DNA of 64,000 nucleotides from the human T2T-CHM13v2.0 reference genome, Homo sapiens: the NCBI RefSeq assembly GCF_009914755.1, contig NC_060935.1; one strand, 5' to 3'. The notes under the pieces are model-generated. The model was not told the DNA's origin. It made no database searches and saw only the letters and a program-made list of their open reading frames with translations. Position 1 is the stretch's first letter. Each line of letters starts with the position of its first letter. Below, one piece after another: positions 1-19,863 of this stretch. The position numbers were made by a program, and so were the translations under genes.

Positions 1-59
1 ATTCTTGTGGCCTCAAGAAAGGGCTCCTGGGGCAGAATGCAGAGTGGTGTGTCTGGTAC

Positions 60-260
60 TTGAGTGTATGATCAAACTGATGTACATTCAAATTCCTACT
101 CCACTTAGGTTACCAAATTCCTCTAAGCTCAGTTTTGTCTTCTGTTAAATGAAGGTAATAGTCTGTGCCTCAAGGAATTGTTACAATGATTAGATGAGAT
201 AATACACATAAGAATGGTGAGTGCAGAGCCTGACCTTAAGTGCACGATAAATGGTAGGCA
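60..260 (+). mobile_element. MIR relic
   Basis: Degenerate MIR core (ctcagtttt..tctgttaaatg..aatgattagatgagataat). Confidence 0.6.
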
Positions 261-396
261 TGGTGGTTGGGCTTACAGTGTTGAGTACAGAAGGGGACTC
301 TGGGTATGTTAATAAACTATTCTAAGTCTTCTGGTAAGAGTGTGTTTCTGTTTCCTCCCCAGCCTCCTCAAGACCTAGATGGAGCCTAGGGAATAA

Positions 397-705
397 TTTA
401 TTATTTATTTATTCATTTATTTATTTATCGAGACTGAGCTCTGTTGCCCAGGCTGGAGTGCAATGGTGCGACTGTGGCTCTCTGCAATCTCCGCCTCCTA
501 GGTTCAAGCGATTCTCCTTCCCCAGCCTCCCGAGTAGCTGAGATTACAGACGTGCTCCACCACGCCCGGCTAATTTTTGTATTTTTAGTAGAGATGGGGT
601 TTCGCCACGTTGCCCAGGCTGGTCTCGAACTCCTGACCAGAGGTGATCTGCCCACCTCGGCCTCCCAAAGTGCTGGGATTATAAGCGTGAGCCACCACAC
701 CCTGC
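397..705 (-). mobile_element. AluS, full length, (TTTA)n tail
   Basis: Antisense Alu dimer; flanking repeat ggaataatt. Confidence 0.95.
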
Positions 706-887
706 TAGAAGGAATAATTAAAATAGCATTCAGTTTGTGTGATGAGTGTTCTGAGGAGGGGAACAGAGATGCGGGGAGCTGGCTTAGGAGTGTGGCGCTC
801 CTCAGTGCGCAGTGGGAGCCACACCACTCCTGCCTTCTGCCTGGCCTCGCAAGTTCAGAGCTGCTGCCTTGTCAAGAAAAATCCATG

Positions 888-1049
888 GGCCAGGCGCAGT
901 GGCTCACGCCTATAATCCCAGCACTTTGGGAGGATGAGGCAGGCAGATTGCTTAAGGCCAGGAGTTCAAGACTAGCCTAGGCAACATGGCAAAACCCCAT
1001 CTCTACAAAAAATGCATAAAAATTAGCCAGCATGGTGGTGTGCACCTGG
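888..1049 (+). mobile_element. AluJ-like, 3' truncated
   Basis: Left arm plus linker, breaks off at tgcacctg. Confidence 0.9.
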
Positions 1050-1969
1050 TCTTGAAGATCCACTGAGCAATCAAGATACCCTCCTGGGACGTCAGGCCTC
1101 AGATCTGCAGCAGCTTTTCTACATCAGGTTGGAGGAGAATATTTGAAGTTCTTATCTTCCTCCAAACGTAAGACCACAGGCCCACAAATGGAAGGCTGAA
1201 CAGACAGCTGTGTCCCCTTGCTGTCTGGCCGCCTCAGACACCACAGATCTCCCGGTATCACTTTATCCATTAGGCCTTGGCAGGGAGGCCACAAGTGGGC
1301 TGTCTTGTTCCGGCCTGTGGCTGCCAGCCTTACAGACCAGTGGAGCAGGAGAGATGGGCCTCAGAGGAAGAGCGGTGGGACACCAGGAAAACCGCCTCGG
1401 TGAGATGGCCTGCATTGTGCGTGACTGGTGAAGACTTCCGAATGGGATGACTCCCAGGGGGTGTTGAGTAAACAGACGGTTGCTGTTTGCTGTGCAGCTG
1501 GCTCCGAAGGATGTGGAGGATGGAATCTCAGTATGTGAAGTTTTTTTTGGTTTGTTTTTTGTTGTTTGGTTTTTTAATGTTCCTTTTCCATCTTCTGCAT
1601 GCTGGGGCACCAGCCGCTGCCCCAGAATGGGTTGTCCTGGGAAACAGGTCATGCAGGGCTACCGATGTTTAGTCTGGAAAAGACATGCAGAGATAAGGAA
1701 GATGTTGAGGCAGGACAGAACCAGGCTCCTGTTAGTCCAACAAAAGTTTACTGAGCAGTGACTTTGTGTCAGGCACCTGGGAATTGTGCCGCATTCTGAA
1801 GGTACAATCATGAATAAGACCCTGACCACAAGGAGCCCTCAACCTCTTGAAGAAGACAGACCCAAGCAGATGACTTCAACATAATGTGGTATGATGGAGA
1901 GGGATGGAGGGTATCTCTCCTCTAAGAGTGAAAGGGCTGTCAACTGAAAAACGGATGCCTATTTTGTGA

Positions 1970-2269
<300 letters not shown>

Positions 2270-3010
2270 TATTTTGTGAACTTTAATGAGTGGTTATAAT
2301 TGCTGGGGACAGGGTCAGATTTCAGTTCACAAGAAAAAACAACTTTTGGAAACCATTGGCCCACGTACAGATGCTCGACCTCCTCAGCGAGAGTTTTCTC
2401 TGGTTCTGAGTGAGCACAGCAGAGCTTCCTGGTTAGCCTCCTCAGAAGGACCCAAGCATTCTGTGTTGGAGTCAGGAGCATACCTAAAGTCCCTGGGGGA
2501 CCAGGCTGGGCCAGCCTGCAGTAGGGACATGGCCTCTAGGGGTGTCCTTTATGGATCAGCTTCTGGATAGCGGCTTTCATGGGCATGATTCTCAGGTTGG
2601 TTAGGGATGGATTATCCATACCCCAGGGCTGAGGGGATGTGCAGTGATGAACTGATGGAATTGAGCAATGGCCTTAGGAAAGATGAGCCCTCAGCATTCG
2701 CTGGTTGGGCAAGCGTTCACTGGCCAGCCACTGTCTGGCCTCTGGGCACGTGACAGTGAGTTGTGCTCAGCATTTTGGGAAGGGATTACTGCTGAGAGAG
2801 GCCTCAGCAAAGGAGATGGGAAGCAAGTCCAGTGTAACCAAGCCAGGGCAGAACAGCCACCTTAGGAGGAAGAAAAGGAACTGTTGAGCTGGGGATGCAG
2901 GCCCTTGAGACTCAGGAGGATTTGAATTTGTAAGTTAGGAGGCTGAAGTTTTCAGCAGTAAAAGGAATAGCCTTAGCCAACCTTTAACTTCTTACCATAG
3001 AAAGTTCCAG

Positions 3011-3310
<300 letters not shown>

Positions 3311-3959
3311 GTTCCAGAAGGCCTGGCGCTCTTTCTATTGTCACTGCAATTTCTGATGATGGAGAGAATGCATATTTTTTTGCTAAAGAGTCCAATCCTA
3401 TCTCCTTGTTTGGTCCTCTTTGCTCTGGAATTGCTCTTTCTGCAGAGGGGATTTTCTACTTTAAAAGAAAAAGAAGATCATGATGAAGAAGGAAGTACTC
3501 TCAAATTTCTTCAGCCTTTCTCAGCTTACTGCTGGACTCCTGCCAGAATATTAGAGTATCTTTTTAGAGCTGCATATCTAGGGTTCAGGATGCCTCTTTT
3601 TCTTCCACTAATTTCCTGTTAATAGGGCTGTGTTGTTGTTTTTCCCACACACATTTATTAAGTGTGTGCTCTGCTAGTATCAAAAGAAACAGATATGGCT
3701 AGAGAATGAGCTGCCACCTTGGTGCTCCCAGTCTAGTAGGGAAAACAAAAATAAAAATTAAATTATATCAAAATAAAAAAAGAAAACCAAATAAGTATAC
3801 AGCAGTCTGCTAAGTGCCCACAAACACAGAGATGTAAACGGTGCTATGGAATCATGAAAGAGCTAGTGAAAATAACTCGAGTTGGGGCCCCTCGTTCCTC
3901 TGAAGAGCTGGATTTTGTCAAGTGAATTCATATTAGATTCTCAAAGCTGTTGGAGGTAA

Positions 3960-4739
<780 letters not shown>

Positions 4740-5762
4740 TAAGTGGCAGAGCTGGGTCCCTAACCCAAGTTTTCCTGGCTCCAAAAACCTTTTATTAGAC
4801 CCGTGTTTATGGTGCCTCGGTTTCTGCTTTGCTGGTTTATTTTTGTTCCTGGATCACAGCTTTAAACTTGCACACAGAGCTCTAGCACCCTGACTGGCAA
4901 ATAAGCATTACTGGCAATGCAGCCAGCTGCTGTTTCCTGTGTTTAGAGACCACATTGCAGGAAAGTGTTTTAAGAGTTGTTTTGAGTGTTGGTTCTGTTC
5001 CTCCGTGTGAAAGTGTGGATGCTGTTCTGAGAAAGAGAAAGGTGACGCGGATGCTCAGCGTTCTGTGGCAGTTCCCATTTGGTGGGGATTTGGAGAGGAA
5101 TTGATATGTCACTGGATGAGATCAGAGTCTTTGTTCTGTTTGGTCTGAGACCATGTGGCATCATGAAATCAATGGACTGTGAGGTCAAAGTTCTAGAACT
5201 AGCTCAGCCGCTGTTCTGTCCTGTGACTTTGGGTAAGACAGTTTATGTCTGCTTTGCCCATCTGTGCAATTTAGTTCTTCAAAGCTGCAAGGAGCACCTC
5301 TGATGAGCCAAGCACTGGGGTCCATGGCCCCCAGAGATAAACAGGATGTAATCCTGGCCCCAGTGAATTCCTGAGAGTAGGAAGGAGATAGACGCATACA
5401 CAGTAGATAATCACAAAACAAGGAGGCACCTGCTGAAGGCAGAGCCCATTTTCCTCCAGTTTGCAGCGGACCATCTTGGAACTGCAGGGTATTTGGAACT
5501 TCTTTACAATTAAATAGAGAGAGAGTGAGAGCTTACATTTGTTCTGAACCTACTATGTGTAATTTTACTCTTTTCCCAATCCTGAGGAAAGTAGTAAGCA
5601 GTACTTCCATTTTACAAATGAGAAAAGCAAGACAGATACATTAAAGGATTTATCCCACTCAGAAGTGACTGTGCCAATGCACTGAAGTTTATCTGGCTTT
5701 AGACCCCTCAGCTCTCCCACCTCACCCTAACAGCCCTTGTAAGATTTCATTAAAAAAATTTT

Positions 5763-6361
<599 letters not shown>

Positions 6362-6651
6362 TTCTAAATAGCGACATTCCAGCATCCCTGCATTATTGAA
6401 CTGTTGTCTCCCTGTCTTCCCCTCAGGCTCCCTTCTGTATTTCCTGGCATCACTGTCACCTTCTGGCCCTTCCTGCTCACCTTTGCCTCCCGCCCCCAGG
6501 CTCTTCTGTGTGACTCAGCCACCTTTATGAAAGCCGCCTTTATCACTCAAGCCCTTGCATTTTCAACACCTCTGGGTCTTGCTTATGTTTGTTGATGAAT
6601 CCATGGATAACTTCATCCTGGGTACATTTTTCTCTTAGATGAAATGTTATA

Positions 6652-6979
6652 CAGTCGGCCCTCCATGTCCATAGGTTTTGAATTTGTTGTTTCAACCAAT
6701 TGCAAATCAAAAATATTGGGGGGAAAAATTGCATGTGTACTGAACATGAACAGAATTTTTTCCTGCCATTATTTCCTGAACAATACAGTATAACAACTAT
6801 TTACATAGCTTCTATGTTGTAATCGGTATTATAAGTAACCCAGAGATGATTTAAAGTACACAGGAGGGTGTGCATGGGTTATATGCAAATACTGCACCAT
6901 TTTATATCAAGGACTTGAGGATTTCGATATCTGAGGGAGGTCCTGGAATCATTCCCCTATGGATACCAAGGGAGTACTG
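6652..6979 (-). mobile_element. MER2-like non-autonomous TcMar-Tigger element
   Basis: TA|cagtcggccctcc...agggagtactg|TA termini; internal sequence resembles MER2. Confidence 0.85.
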
Positions 6980-7303
6980 TACGTTCTTTTCAAATATTCT
7001 CTCCTTTGAGAAAATTTCTCAGGTTGCATTATCCATTCCTAACTCCTCTATATACTACATTCCCATCTCGAGGCAGAATGTGTTTATGTGCGTCTGTGCT
7101 GCCCTGGAACATTGTACATACCTGATGCCGTGCCTCTGGTGGAGCACTTACCATTATCACATCATCAAAGTCAGCTTATGTCAGTTTCCCAGACTAGACT
7201 GTGACTCCTTGGAGAGATAGTATCTTAGTCTTTTATCTTTCCCTAGCCCTTTGCATGGTGCCTGGTACATAATAAGCACTCCATTCATTCATCTCTTTAA
7301 TAA

Positions 7304-7875
<572 letters not shown>

Positions 7876-9069
7876 GCCATCAGTGACCTGGAGAGAATAC
7901 CTATGTGACTGAATGGTGGGAATTTGAGGCCAGGTGGGACCCTACTCCATCCTGCCACAGCCCTGTCAGCTAGCAGGGGTCACAATGGGGACCATCCTCT
8001 CTGCCCTTCTTTCCATTGTGGCTGCACTCAGCCTAGATCTGTCTGGCTGACCCATGTTCCTTTGAGTCCAGATGTCCAATAAGAAAATAGAAACCATAAG
8101 AAGTGAGAAGGGAAATGCCTGCAGCCTCTAGGAGTGAAGATGGTGAAGGCTGAATCTCTTTCCTAGGTCTCTCACTAACCACTTGGGATCACTTCCACAT
8201 GACTCACTAGTATATGTGATGGTCCAGCAGGCACTGCCACCATCATCCCAGGACCCACTGCCCAGAGGCTGAAAGGTGTGTTTTCAGGAGCTGATTGACC
8301 CTTGTGCTCCACAAAATAGTCAGTCATGGGGAGGGGCTGCCATTCCCAAAATCTCTTAAGAGTTTCAGACCATTCAGAGTTTGGAATGCTGTGGAACAAA
8401 TTCCTCCATCAGTCAGGAGAATGAGTATCCACTTATGAGGCATAGCTTAGAGCAAAGGAACCACGTACCAGGATTTAGAAAGTGTGGGCTCTAGTCCCAG
8501 CGTTTCGCCTGATTTGCTGCATAATCCTGGGTAATTCATTTGTGCCATCCCAAATAACACTCATTATACCCCATGATGTACCAAGAACTGTGCTTGGCTG
8601 CTGGATATGCAGGAATAAACAAGGATGCCTCTGTGTTTAAGAGCCGTAGTGTCATAACCATGTAATTCAGGCTGTGAAGAGGTACACGAGGTACTAAGAG
8701 ACCTGACTAAAAGCCACGTAGCCCAGAAAGCACAAGACTCACAGGATCCAGGAAGGATCCACTCTAAGGAGGTGCCACTGGAGCTGAGGTTGGGAAGACA
8801 GGGAGTTGGGCAACTGGACATGTTGAGGGTGAAGGGGTGGGGCGAGGAGGGGATAGTGTAGGTGAAGAGGTCAGTGCGTGCATAGGCACGATGGATGAGA
8901 AATCCTGGTGCACCAACGCAGTGTATTTGGGGGCAGAGGAGCTGGAGAAGCTGGCGACAATTGCATGGTACTAGGGAGTCTCAGTTTATTTTGAAGGCCC
9001 CGGAAAGGCACCAAAGGATGGTGAGCAAGTTCACGATGTAACCAGATTTGTCTGAGAGAGCATAGCCTC

Positions 9070-9231
9070 GCCACTCAAAATGTGGTCCTCAGACCAGCCC
9101 TTTTGGTACCAAACAGGAGCTTGTTAGAAACATAGAATCTCAGCTCTACCTCAAACCCACTACGTTAGAATCTCCACTTTAATAAGATCCTTAGGTGATT
9201 GGTATGTACACTGAAGTCTGGGACACCTTGA
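9070..9231. mobile_element. MER5-like (hAT-Charlie)
   Basis: tcaaaatgtggtcc..gagcttgttagaaa..gaatctc..aataagatcc..ggtgatt. Confidence 0.7.
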
Positions 9232-9237
9232 TCTCTA

Positions 9238-9882
<645 letters not shown>

Positions 9883-10034
9883 ATCTGTGGGTTTCTGTAT
9901 CTTCAGCTTCAAATAAAACCTCCTGAACTATATGCTTCAGAGAGTGATTGTGAAAATCAAAGGCACGGGGAAGGACACCTACACTAAGTCCTTATTTTCA
10001 GATCAGGAAATAGAGACTCAGAGTGGGACAGTGA

Positions 10035-10718
<684 letters not shown>

Positions 10719-11330
10719 TAACAAATGAAGTTTCGCTAGAAATTATTTAATTTATTCGTATTTGTTTTTGTTGAAACCTTGCTCTTTCATAGTAATTAAT
10801 GAATCATTCATTGTAATAGTTACTTAAAAGCATAATAGAATGAATCAAGCATTCCATTTGGTTTCTTATCCATAACTGTAGGGTGTCTAAGTGATTTTTC
10901 TTGTGACAAAATCCAAGACGTTGATTTCTTTAAATCCACCCAAAATTTCTACATACATAGCCCCAACTCTGGCCCTATTTCTTCTTGTTCTAGCCAGATT
11001 CCTCAGTCAAACAGGAACAGTGCTCACAGAGGAAATGGAGTTTTGCCTTCTTGTACCTCTGATGCTTTGGTTTTGGACACAGAAAGGCAATGATGAGATT
11101 GAGAATATAAGTCCCAGACAAGCCACACTGAACAGTCCACTCTGAAATCACGTATGTAGTAGGTCCTCGGGGAACATGGATAAGCTTCCCTCCAAAGAAA
11201 GCCGAGTCCTGGGAAGTAGGGACCTGGTCATCCACTGTTTGAATGTCCTGTTCCTTGTTCTTCCACCATGACACTGGGATAGCATGCTGTCTGCAGGGGT
11301 AATAGGCACAGGTTCATATGCATTCTTCTG

Positions 11331-11358
11331 TACACACATGCACACACACACACACACA
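11331..11358. repeat. (CA)n microsatellite, interrupted
   Basis: Direct read. Confidence 0.9.
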
Positions 11359-12607
11359 GGCACATGCATGCAAACCCACATGCTTACCCCTCTGGCTTGC
11401 TTGATCCCTTCAGGGTTTGAAAAAAAGATGCTTCTATTTGGAGGCTGGTAGAAGCCTGTTAGGTTACTGAGTACTTTTGGGGAAGGGACACAAAGAGACA
11501 AGTCATCTGTTGCCATCACACAACTGCATGGTCAGTGTGTCTGCGATCCACGATGCTCTGCCTGGGTTTGGGAAGCCTTGTGTGCTGAGTGTGGCAGCAG
11601 CAAGGCTGACTCATCACTGCCACCCAGGGTGGCCCAGCTGTCAGAACAAGATGGGCCCATCTCCTGTCTGTTCTCCCTGCCTTGTCAAAAAAGCACCAGT
11701 CGTGAATCATCTGCCCATGTACAGCCACTTGGAAGCTCGGAGGGATCACTGCGAGGATAGCGAGTGCAAATTCTCCTCCTGCGTAGTACCCTGCCAACCC
11801 TGCCGACGCACCATGAGGCCTTGGACAAATTGCTTTTTCTTAAATAATTAATTATAATAGTTTTCATTTATTTAGTAGTTGACTGTGTGGATGGTACAAC
11901 GGAGCCACCAACAGACACAAGTCTGACCCACGGCACCAAGCTGCCTCTCACCGTCCAGTATGAGATCTCATCTCATCCTCGTGGCAGTTATTTGATATGG
12001 ATGATAGTTATATTCCCATTTTTATAGATGGGGACGCTGAGGCGTTCACTTGTCCTGAGAAGTTCACTTGTCCCAGTTGTGGGGCAAGGAGTGACTCTAA
12101 CCTTCTGACTCCAAATTCCATATTCTTTCCAGTCTGCCTTTCCCGAGTTTGTATCTTTCCCTGTAAAAAGTTGAGAAACACTTCTTTCTCCTTCATTTGG
12201 TTCCTGGAGCCTGAGATGCACGTCTCTTTCTAACCGAGAGCTTCTTTGAGGAAGATGGTAATTAGGACACTAGGGGCCAGCTCTCCTCTCATTCTCTCCT
12301 GGCAGGGCTAGAGGAATAACCCAGCTCTGGGCTGCCTGTAGCTTCCCCTCCCCTCCAAGAGGGAGCTGCACCAAGCCCAGCACTGTCACGGGGAAGCTTG
12401 CTCTGTAGAATTCACCAGCCATCCTACAGTGATTATAAATATAATAAACTACTGATTAAAAAAATTTAATGGAAATTTTCTAACTTATCCTAAGGTAGTA
12501 AGAATAGTATAACAAAACAAATGCGTCAAGCAATTCATCCTTGATCCTGTTTCATCAATACCACCCACTTCCCCACCCTCCCCATATAATTTTGAATTAA
12601 ATTTTAG

Positions 12608-12899
12608 AGTGAGGCATGGTGGCTTACGCCTGTAATCACAAAACTCCGGGAGGCCAAGGCAGGAAGATTGCTTGAGCCCAGGAGTTGGTCTTGCGGCCAG
12701 CCTGGGCAATACAGTAAGACCCCATCTCTACAAAAAATAAGTTACCCAGGCGCATGGTGGTGCATGCCTGTAGTCACAGCTACTTGGGAGGTTGAGGTGG
12801 GAGGATCCCTTGAGCCTTGGAAGTCGAGGCTGCAGTGAGCCGCCACTGCACTCCCGCCTGGAGACAGAGTGAGACCTTGTTTCAAAAAAAAAAAAAAAA
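12608..12899 (+). mobile_element. AluJ
   Basis: ttgagcccagg, gaggctgcagtgagc J-type arms. Confidence 0.92.
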
Positions 12900-12975
12900 G
12901 TCTTAGATGTATCATTTAGTCTGTATTTCAGTTTGTATCTTTAAAAGACTGTGACTATTTAAATTATGACCACAG

Positions 12976-13249
12976 GGCCTGGCATGGTGGCTCATACCTG
13001 TAATCCCAGCAGTGTGGGAGGCCAAGGCGGGCAGATCGCTTGAGGTCAGGAGTTGGAGACCATCCTGGCCCACATAGCAAAACCCCGTTTCTACTGAAAA
13101 TACAAAAATTAGCCGGGCGTGGTGGCGCACGCCTGTAATCCCAGCTACTTGGGAGGCTGAGGCAGGAGAATCTGGAGGCGGAGGTTGCAGTGAGCTGAGA
13201 TTGCGCCACTGCCCTTCAGCTTGGGGGACAGAGTGAGACTCCTTCTCAA

Positions 13250-13283
<34 letters not shown>

Positions 13284-13289
13284 TAAAAT
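12976..13289 (+). mobile_element. AluS with (AAT)n tail
   Basis: TSD tatgaccacagg. Confidence 0.95.
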
Positions 13290-13394
13290 ATGACCACAGG
13301 ATCATTATCACACCTGAAAAATAATTACTTAATATTATCAAATATCTAGTCAGTGATCACATATCCTCAATTGCCTTATAATTTAAAAAAAATT

Positions 13395-13420
13395 GTGTGT
13401 GTGTGTGTGTGTGTGTGTGT
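13395..13420. repeat. (TG)n microsatellite
   Basis: Direct read. Confidence 0.95.
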
Positions 13421-13889
13421 GCCAGGTTTCAAAGAAGATCTATACTTGAGATGGAGGGTTGTGTCTCTTAGTATAGTTAGCTTCCCTGCCCAGTCTTTTC
13501 TGATTTTTTTATTTGTAATTTTCTTGTTGATGACGAGGTCTAATGTCTAAAGTCTCCATAGCCCAGATTATGCTGATTGCAGCCCTGGATGGCAGGGAAC
13601 ATCTATTTCTTGTAGTTCCTTTAAGTTGATAGTTAAGTCAAGAGGAAACTATTAGTTTTTAATATAGATCTCATTTGGATCAAAAGCTCACTTGACCAAA
13701 AACTCTTGATAAAACATCAGATACAGCACACATTCTTATAGAAAAAAATGGGAAAGTCGCTGAAGAATAGAATGAGATGAGACATTTTGTCCTATTATAC
13801 ACATTTACAAGGCGTATCCTAGAGTCTGTGTTCACATTCAACCCATCTAATAAATTGGCTGTAGAGACAAGATTGATCAATGAGGAGTG

Positions 13890-14165
13890 ATCTAGTGAAT
13901 AAGCATTTATTGAGTACCTACTATGTATCTGCCTGATACTAGGTGCTAAGAAGTCAAAATCAAATAAGGAAGGCCTAGTCCTGGCCTGGGGTTGCTTATC
14001 TTCTAGAGAGCGACAAGCAAAAGTTAGGAATGGTGGTATATTGTGAAAATGCTGTGTGTACTTATTCACAGATAGCAAGAGCTGCAGAGAAGAGTGTGTG
14101 TTAACCTCACTAAAGCAGGTGAGGCTTCCTGGAAGGGGTGACATATTATGAAGGATGAGGTATCA
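13890..14165 (-). mobile_element. L2 3' relic
   Basis: aataagcatttattgagtacctactatgt..taggtgct. Confidence 0.65.
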
Positions 14166-14241
14166 ACAATTTTAGAGCAGAAAATATTTGGTTCAGTTTC
14201 CTGAATTTGGAGAAGTAAAGAGGAACTCAAAGCGATGCAGG

Positions 14242-14539
14242 TTTGTGTTTGTTGTTGTTGTTGTTTTGAGAGAGAGTTTCGCTCTTGTTGCCCAGGCTGG
14301 AGTGCAATGGCTCACTGCAACCTCTACCTCCTGGGTTCAAGTGATTCTCCTGCCTCAGCCTCCCAAGTAGCTGGGATTACAGGCATGCACCACCACGCCC
14401 AGCTAATTTTTGTATTTTTAGTAGAGACGGGATTTCTCCATGTTGGTCAGGCTGGTCTCGAACTCCTGACCTCAGGTGATCCACCCGCCTTGGCCTCCCA
14501 AAATGCTGAGATTACAGGCGTAAGCCACTGCGCCCAGCC
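14242..14539 (-). mobile_element. AluSp/Sq-like
   Basis: Antisense dimer, short internal deletion. Confidence 0.93.
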
Positions 14540-15060
14540 TGTGGTTATTTTTTAAGAGAGCCTTTCAACAAGGCTTCCAAGCAGAGGCTAGAAATCCTTA
14601 TATAACTGATAAATCATTTGTCCAGATGTTTCATTCCTTCATTCTTCTGGCTCATCAACATATCTTCACGGGCCGCGGGTCTGAAACTGCATTATCTTGC
14701 CCCCCGGCAAGAGGAAAATACTATCTTTTTTCCACCAATTCTGGGTCTTTTCCTTGGATTATCACTGAATTTGCAGCTGATGCTTCTGCAGCCTCAGAAT
14801 AGGAAAATATGGTGAAAGTCCATTGTACCTTCAGTGGAAGGACAACTTGCCTTGTTTTTCTTCTTTATTTGCTTATTCTCTGTCCCATATCCCCACCCCC
14901 GGGATGTAGCTTTTTGAGAGCAAAGACCTTGACTGTCTTATTCATTACTCTGATTCTCCTGCCTGGAAGAGTGTTTGCCACAGAGCAGGTGCTCAAGAAA
15001 TACTATAGAGCAAATTAATTTATCTTTGTCATTCTTACCTAGGGTAGGGTTTCCCTCTGA

Positions 15061-15670
<610 letters not shown>

Positions 15671-16384
15671 CCTGGCGCTCTTTCTGCAAGACCACCAGTC
15701 CCTTCTCCCTCTGCTCATGGAAAATAAAGACTAAAAAGAGCAGGTTTCTTCCCGGGTCACTTCCTCCCTGAGGAAGTCCAATCTCAACTATGGCCTTAAG
15801 TGGTTTGGAGTCCTTTGGGGAACATGATTATCTGGGACTGCTTAAGTGCTTAGCAAAAAGTCTGCCAGACAAAGTCTAAGTGGAGCTGAGAGAAGCAGGT
15901 TTTTTCTCCTATGAGCTGAGTCATGTCGAGGAAGAGACAAATGGCTACCAAGGAGAAATATGTAAGCAGACTGGTCAACACGCATGGTCGAGCGTGAGAC
16001 AGCAGACTCAGGTACAATTATTCTGAGAGGAAGCACAAGGCTTGACTCCAGGGTGTGGATCCGGAAGCAAGCGTTCCTCCTAACCGGGATCCAAGGATGT
16101 GTTGCCAGTGGAGTGGTAGATTTATAGGAAAGGTGGAGATGGTACTGAGATGGTCTTAAATGTTAAGAAAACAACCATAAAACTTGTTTGGGGGCTGGAT
16201 CTGTGCAGGATGAGTAAGGCTTTTGGCCGTGGTGTGCAGGGAAAGAACATGGCCCTGGAGGAAAAGCCATCCAGGCTTGTTAATAGAGCTCCGTGTGCAG
16301 GCGTTTGGGAGGAGAATGAAGGCCCTGTCTCTTCTTCCTACCCTACCACAAATGCCTTAGTGAAATAACTAGTCCAGGTGTTGA

Positions 16385-16810
<426 letters not shown>

Positions 16811-17822
16811 AAATGAGGCTATTTCTATTCTGTACCTCCAGTAAGATACAGCAAATACAAAAGTAGAAAGTCTGTCATAAGCCACAAAAATGGTAGATGA
16901 TTTTGATGGCATCATGGTAGACACTTTAGCAGTGTGTAATACATATAAGGTCACGGTATTTCCAAGTATGAAATAGCTGGCAACTTGCCTGATTCTTATT
17001 TAGCAGTGATGACTGATGAAATGACTTGCCCTTTGATTCAAACCTTCCACTTAACATGGTCCCTCACAGCACTGGGCGTCCAGTGGGGAGGTTTTATATT
17101 ACTCTTCTGCGAAGGGGAAAACTTTAGAACTTGAGGAAGATGGAGAGCAGGTGTGTTGTATTGGGGGGGCAGATGAGTGAGGAGGGACCACGAGAAAGAT
17201 ATTAAGCACCTACTGCATGTCCTCTGCTATGCTTCTACTATGTGTTTTGTATGCTGTATTTATTTCTTTCAGCAGCCTCTTTAAACCCATTTTACAGATG
17301 AGAAAGTTAAGAATTTGCACAGCATCACTCAGTAAAATGGGATCCGCATTTTAATCCATGTGTGCTTGAAGGCCAGCCTCTGCATTTCCCCCACCACACC
17401 TCTGAGTCTTGCTATTTCTCCATGATCATCTTCTTCCTGGTGCTCCCGTGTCTCCAAGATGAGAGAATTTGCCAAGTCATGAAGCCAGTTCTGTCCTGTC
17501 TTACCTCCCTATCCTGCCATCAGTGCCTCATTTAAATACCTAATAATAATGATATCATAATAGTTGAGCAGAGATAGATTATACATAAATTTTGTTTTCT
17601 TTTATTAAGTGGTTTTATTTTTGCTTCTCTGCCTGACTTCTTTAGAACATAGGGGTCTGGGCCACTCGGCATGGCAGGTGCCCCAGCCTTGGAGAAAGAA
17701 CTGTTCAACTGCCTTGGTTTCCCACCTATTTACTGCACACCTCAGGAACAAAGGGAGAAGCTGAGGGGACTTCTTGGTTTTAACTGGGGTGATGACAATT
17801 GTGTAGAATCTGAACCTGTTAA

Positions 17823-18743
<921 letters not shown>

Positions 18744-19127
18744 AGCTGTTGGTTATTTCTGATGGGCTTTTAAATAGCCCCACAATGTAAAAAGTAACGT
18801 ATGTTTATTGTGTAAATTTTGAAAAGTATGGAAAAACCCAAAGAATAAATACCATATTATTTATAATTATGTTTAAATTAAACAAAATTGAGGTTATTAC
18901 TTCGCAATTTGCTGTCAATTGTTTGTCTAAACATTTTTCTGTCAATTATTTGTCTAAAATGATTTCTCCTGCATTTCTAGTACATGAATATACTATTTAA
19001 TCAGTTCCCTATTTTTGGAAAACTAGGTCATTTTATTTAGATGAATATTCTTACACACGAATTTTTGTGTCCTGAATAGCAGAGTGGGATTAAAAGCCTT
19101 TAGTTTTCGCTTTTGTAAAATGGAGGT

Positions 19128-19808
19128 TGTTTCCAGAAAACTCTCAAACTGGGTTTTTCCTCTGCCTTTACACCGCAACAGCAATCATCAACACCGAGGA
19201 AGCCTTCTATGAACACATGTGGAGGTTTTCCCCACATGGCAAGCAGCGGACACCAGCTAGTATCCTCCAATTCAGTTCCAACACTGTCTACCTGGAGATA
19301 GCCTCAGATCCCACAGTGGGAGGGCTCTGGCCCCAGACTGCCCTCATCCCCACCAGTTGCAAGTCCAGGCTTCTGGAACTTCTCACTAACTGCCTTCAAG
19401 TTGGGAGTTACCACAACCCCCTCTTTTGGTTCAATTAATTTGCTGGAGCGGCTCACAGAACTCAGGGAAACACTTATGTTTACTGATTTACTATAAAGGA
19501 TATTGCAAAGGATATAGTTGAGGAGATGTGTAAGGTGAGGTATGGGGGAAGGGGCATGGAGCTTCCACGGCCTCCCCTGGCGCCACCCTCCAGGACCCTC
19601 CGTGTGGGCAGCCCACCAAACCCCGCCTTCTTGGGTTTTCTTGGAAGTCTCATTACCTCAGCATTTCTTCCCCCAGGGTGGGACATTCTCTGGGGAGGGT
19701 CTTCTGACCCACAGTCAGAGGCCTGCTTTGGAAGATTAAAGTCCTGCCTTAGGGCAGGTGAATGGTCAGAGAGATTCTGTTTCCTGAGGCCTGCTCCCGA
19801 GGCAGGAA

Positions 19809-19810
<2 letters not shown>
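19128..19810 (-). mobile_element. MER21A-like solo LTR
   Basis: tgtctacctggagatagc.tcagatcccacag; aatttgctggagcggctcacagaactcagggaaacac. Confidence 0.82.

Positions 19811-19811
<1 letters not shown>

Positions 19812-19863
<52 letters not shown>

Larger units (their letters stand above)
12460..13620 (-). mobile_element. Old L1 (L1MC-like) 3' relic broken by two Alus
   Basis: ggaaattttc..agaatagtataac..atcattatcacacct..aatatctagtcagtg. Confidence 0.55.
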
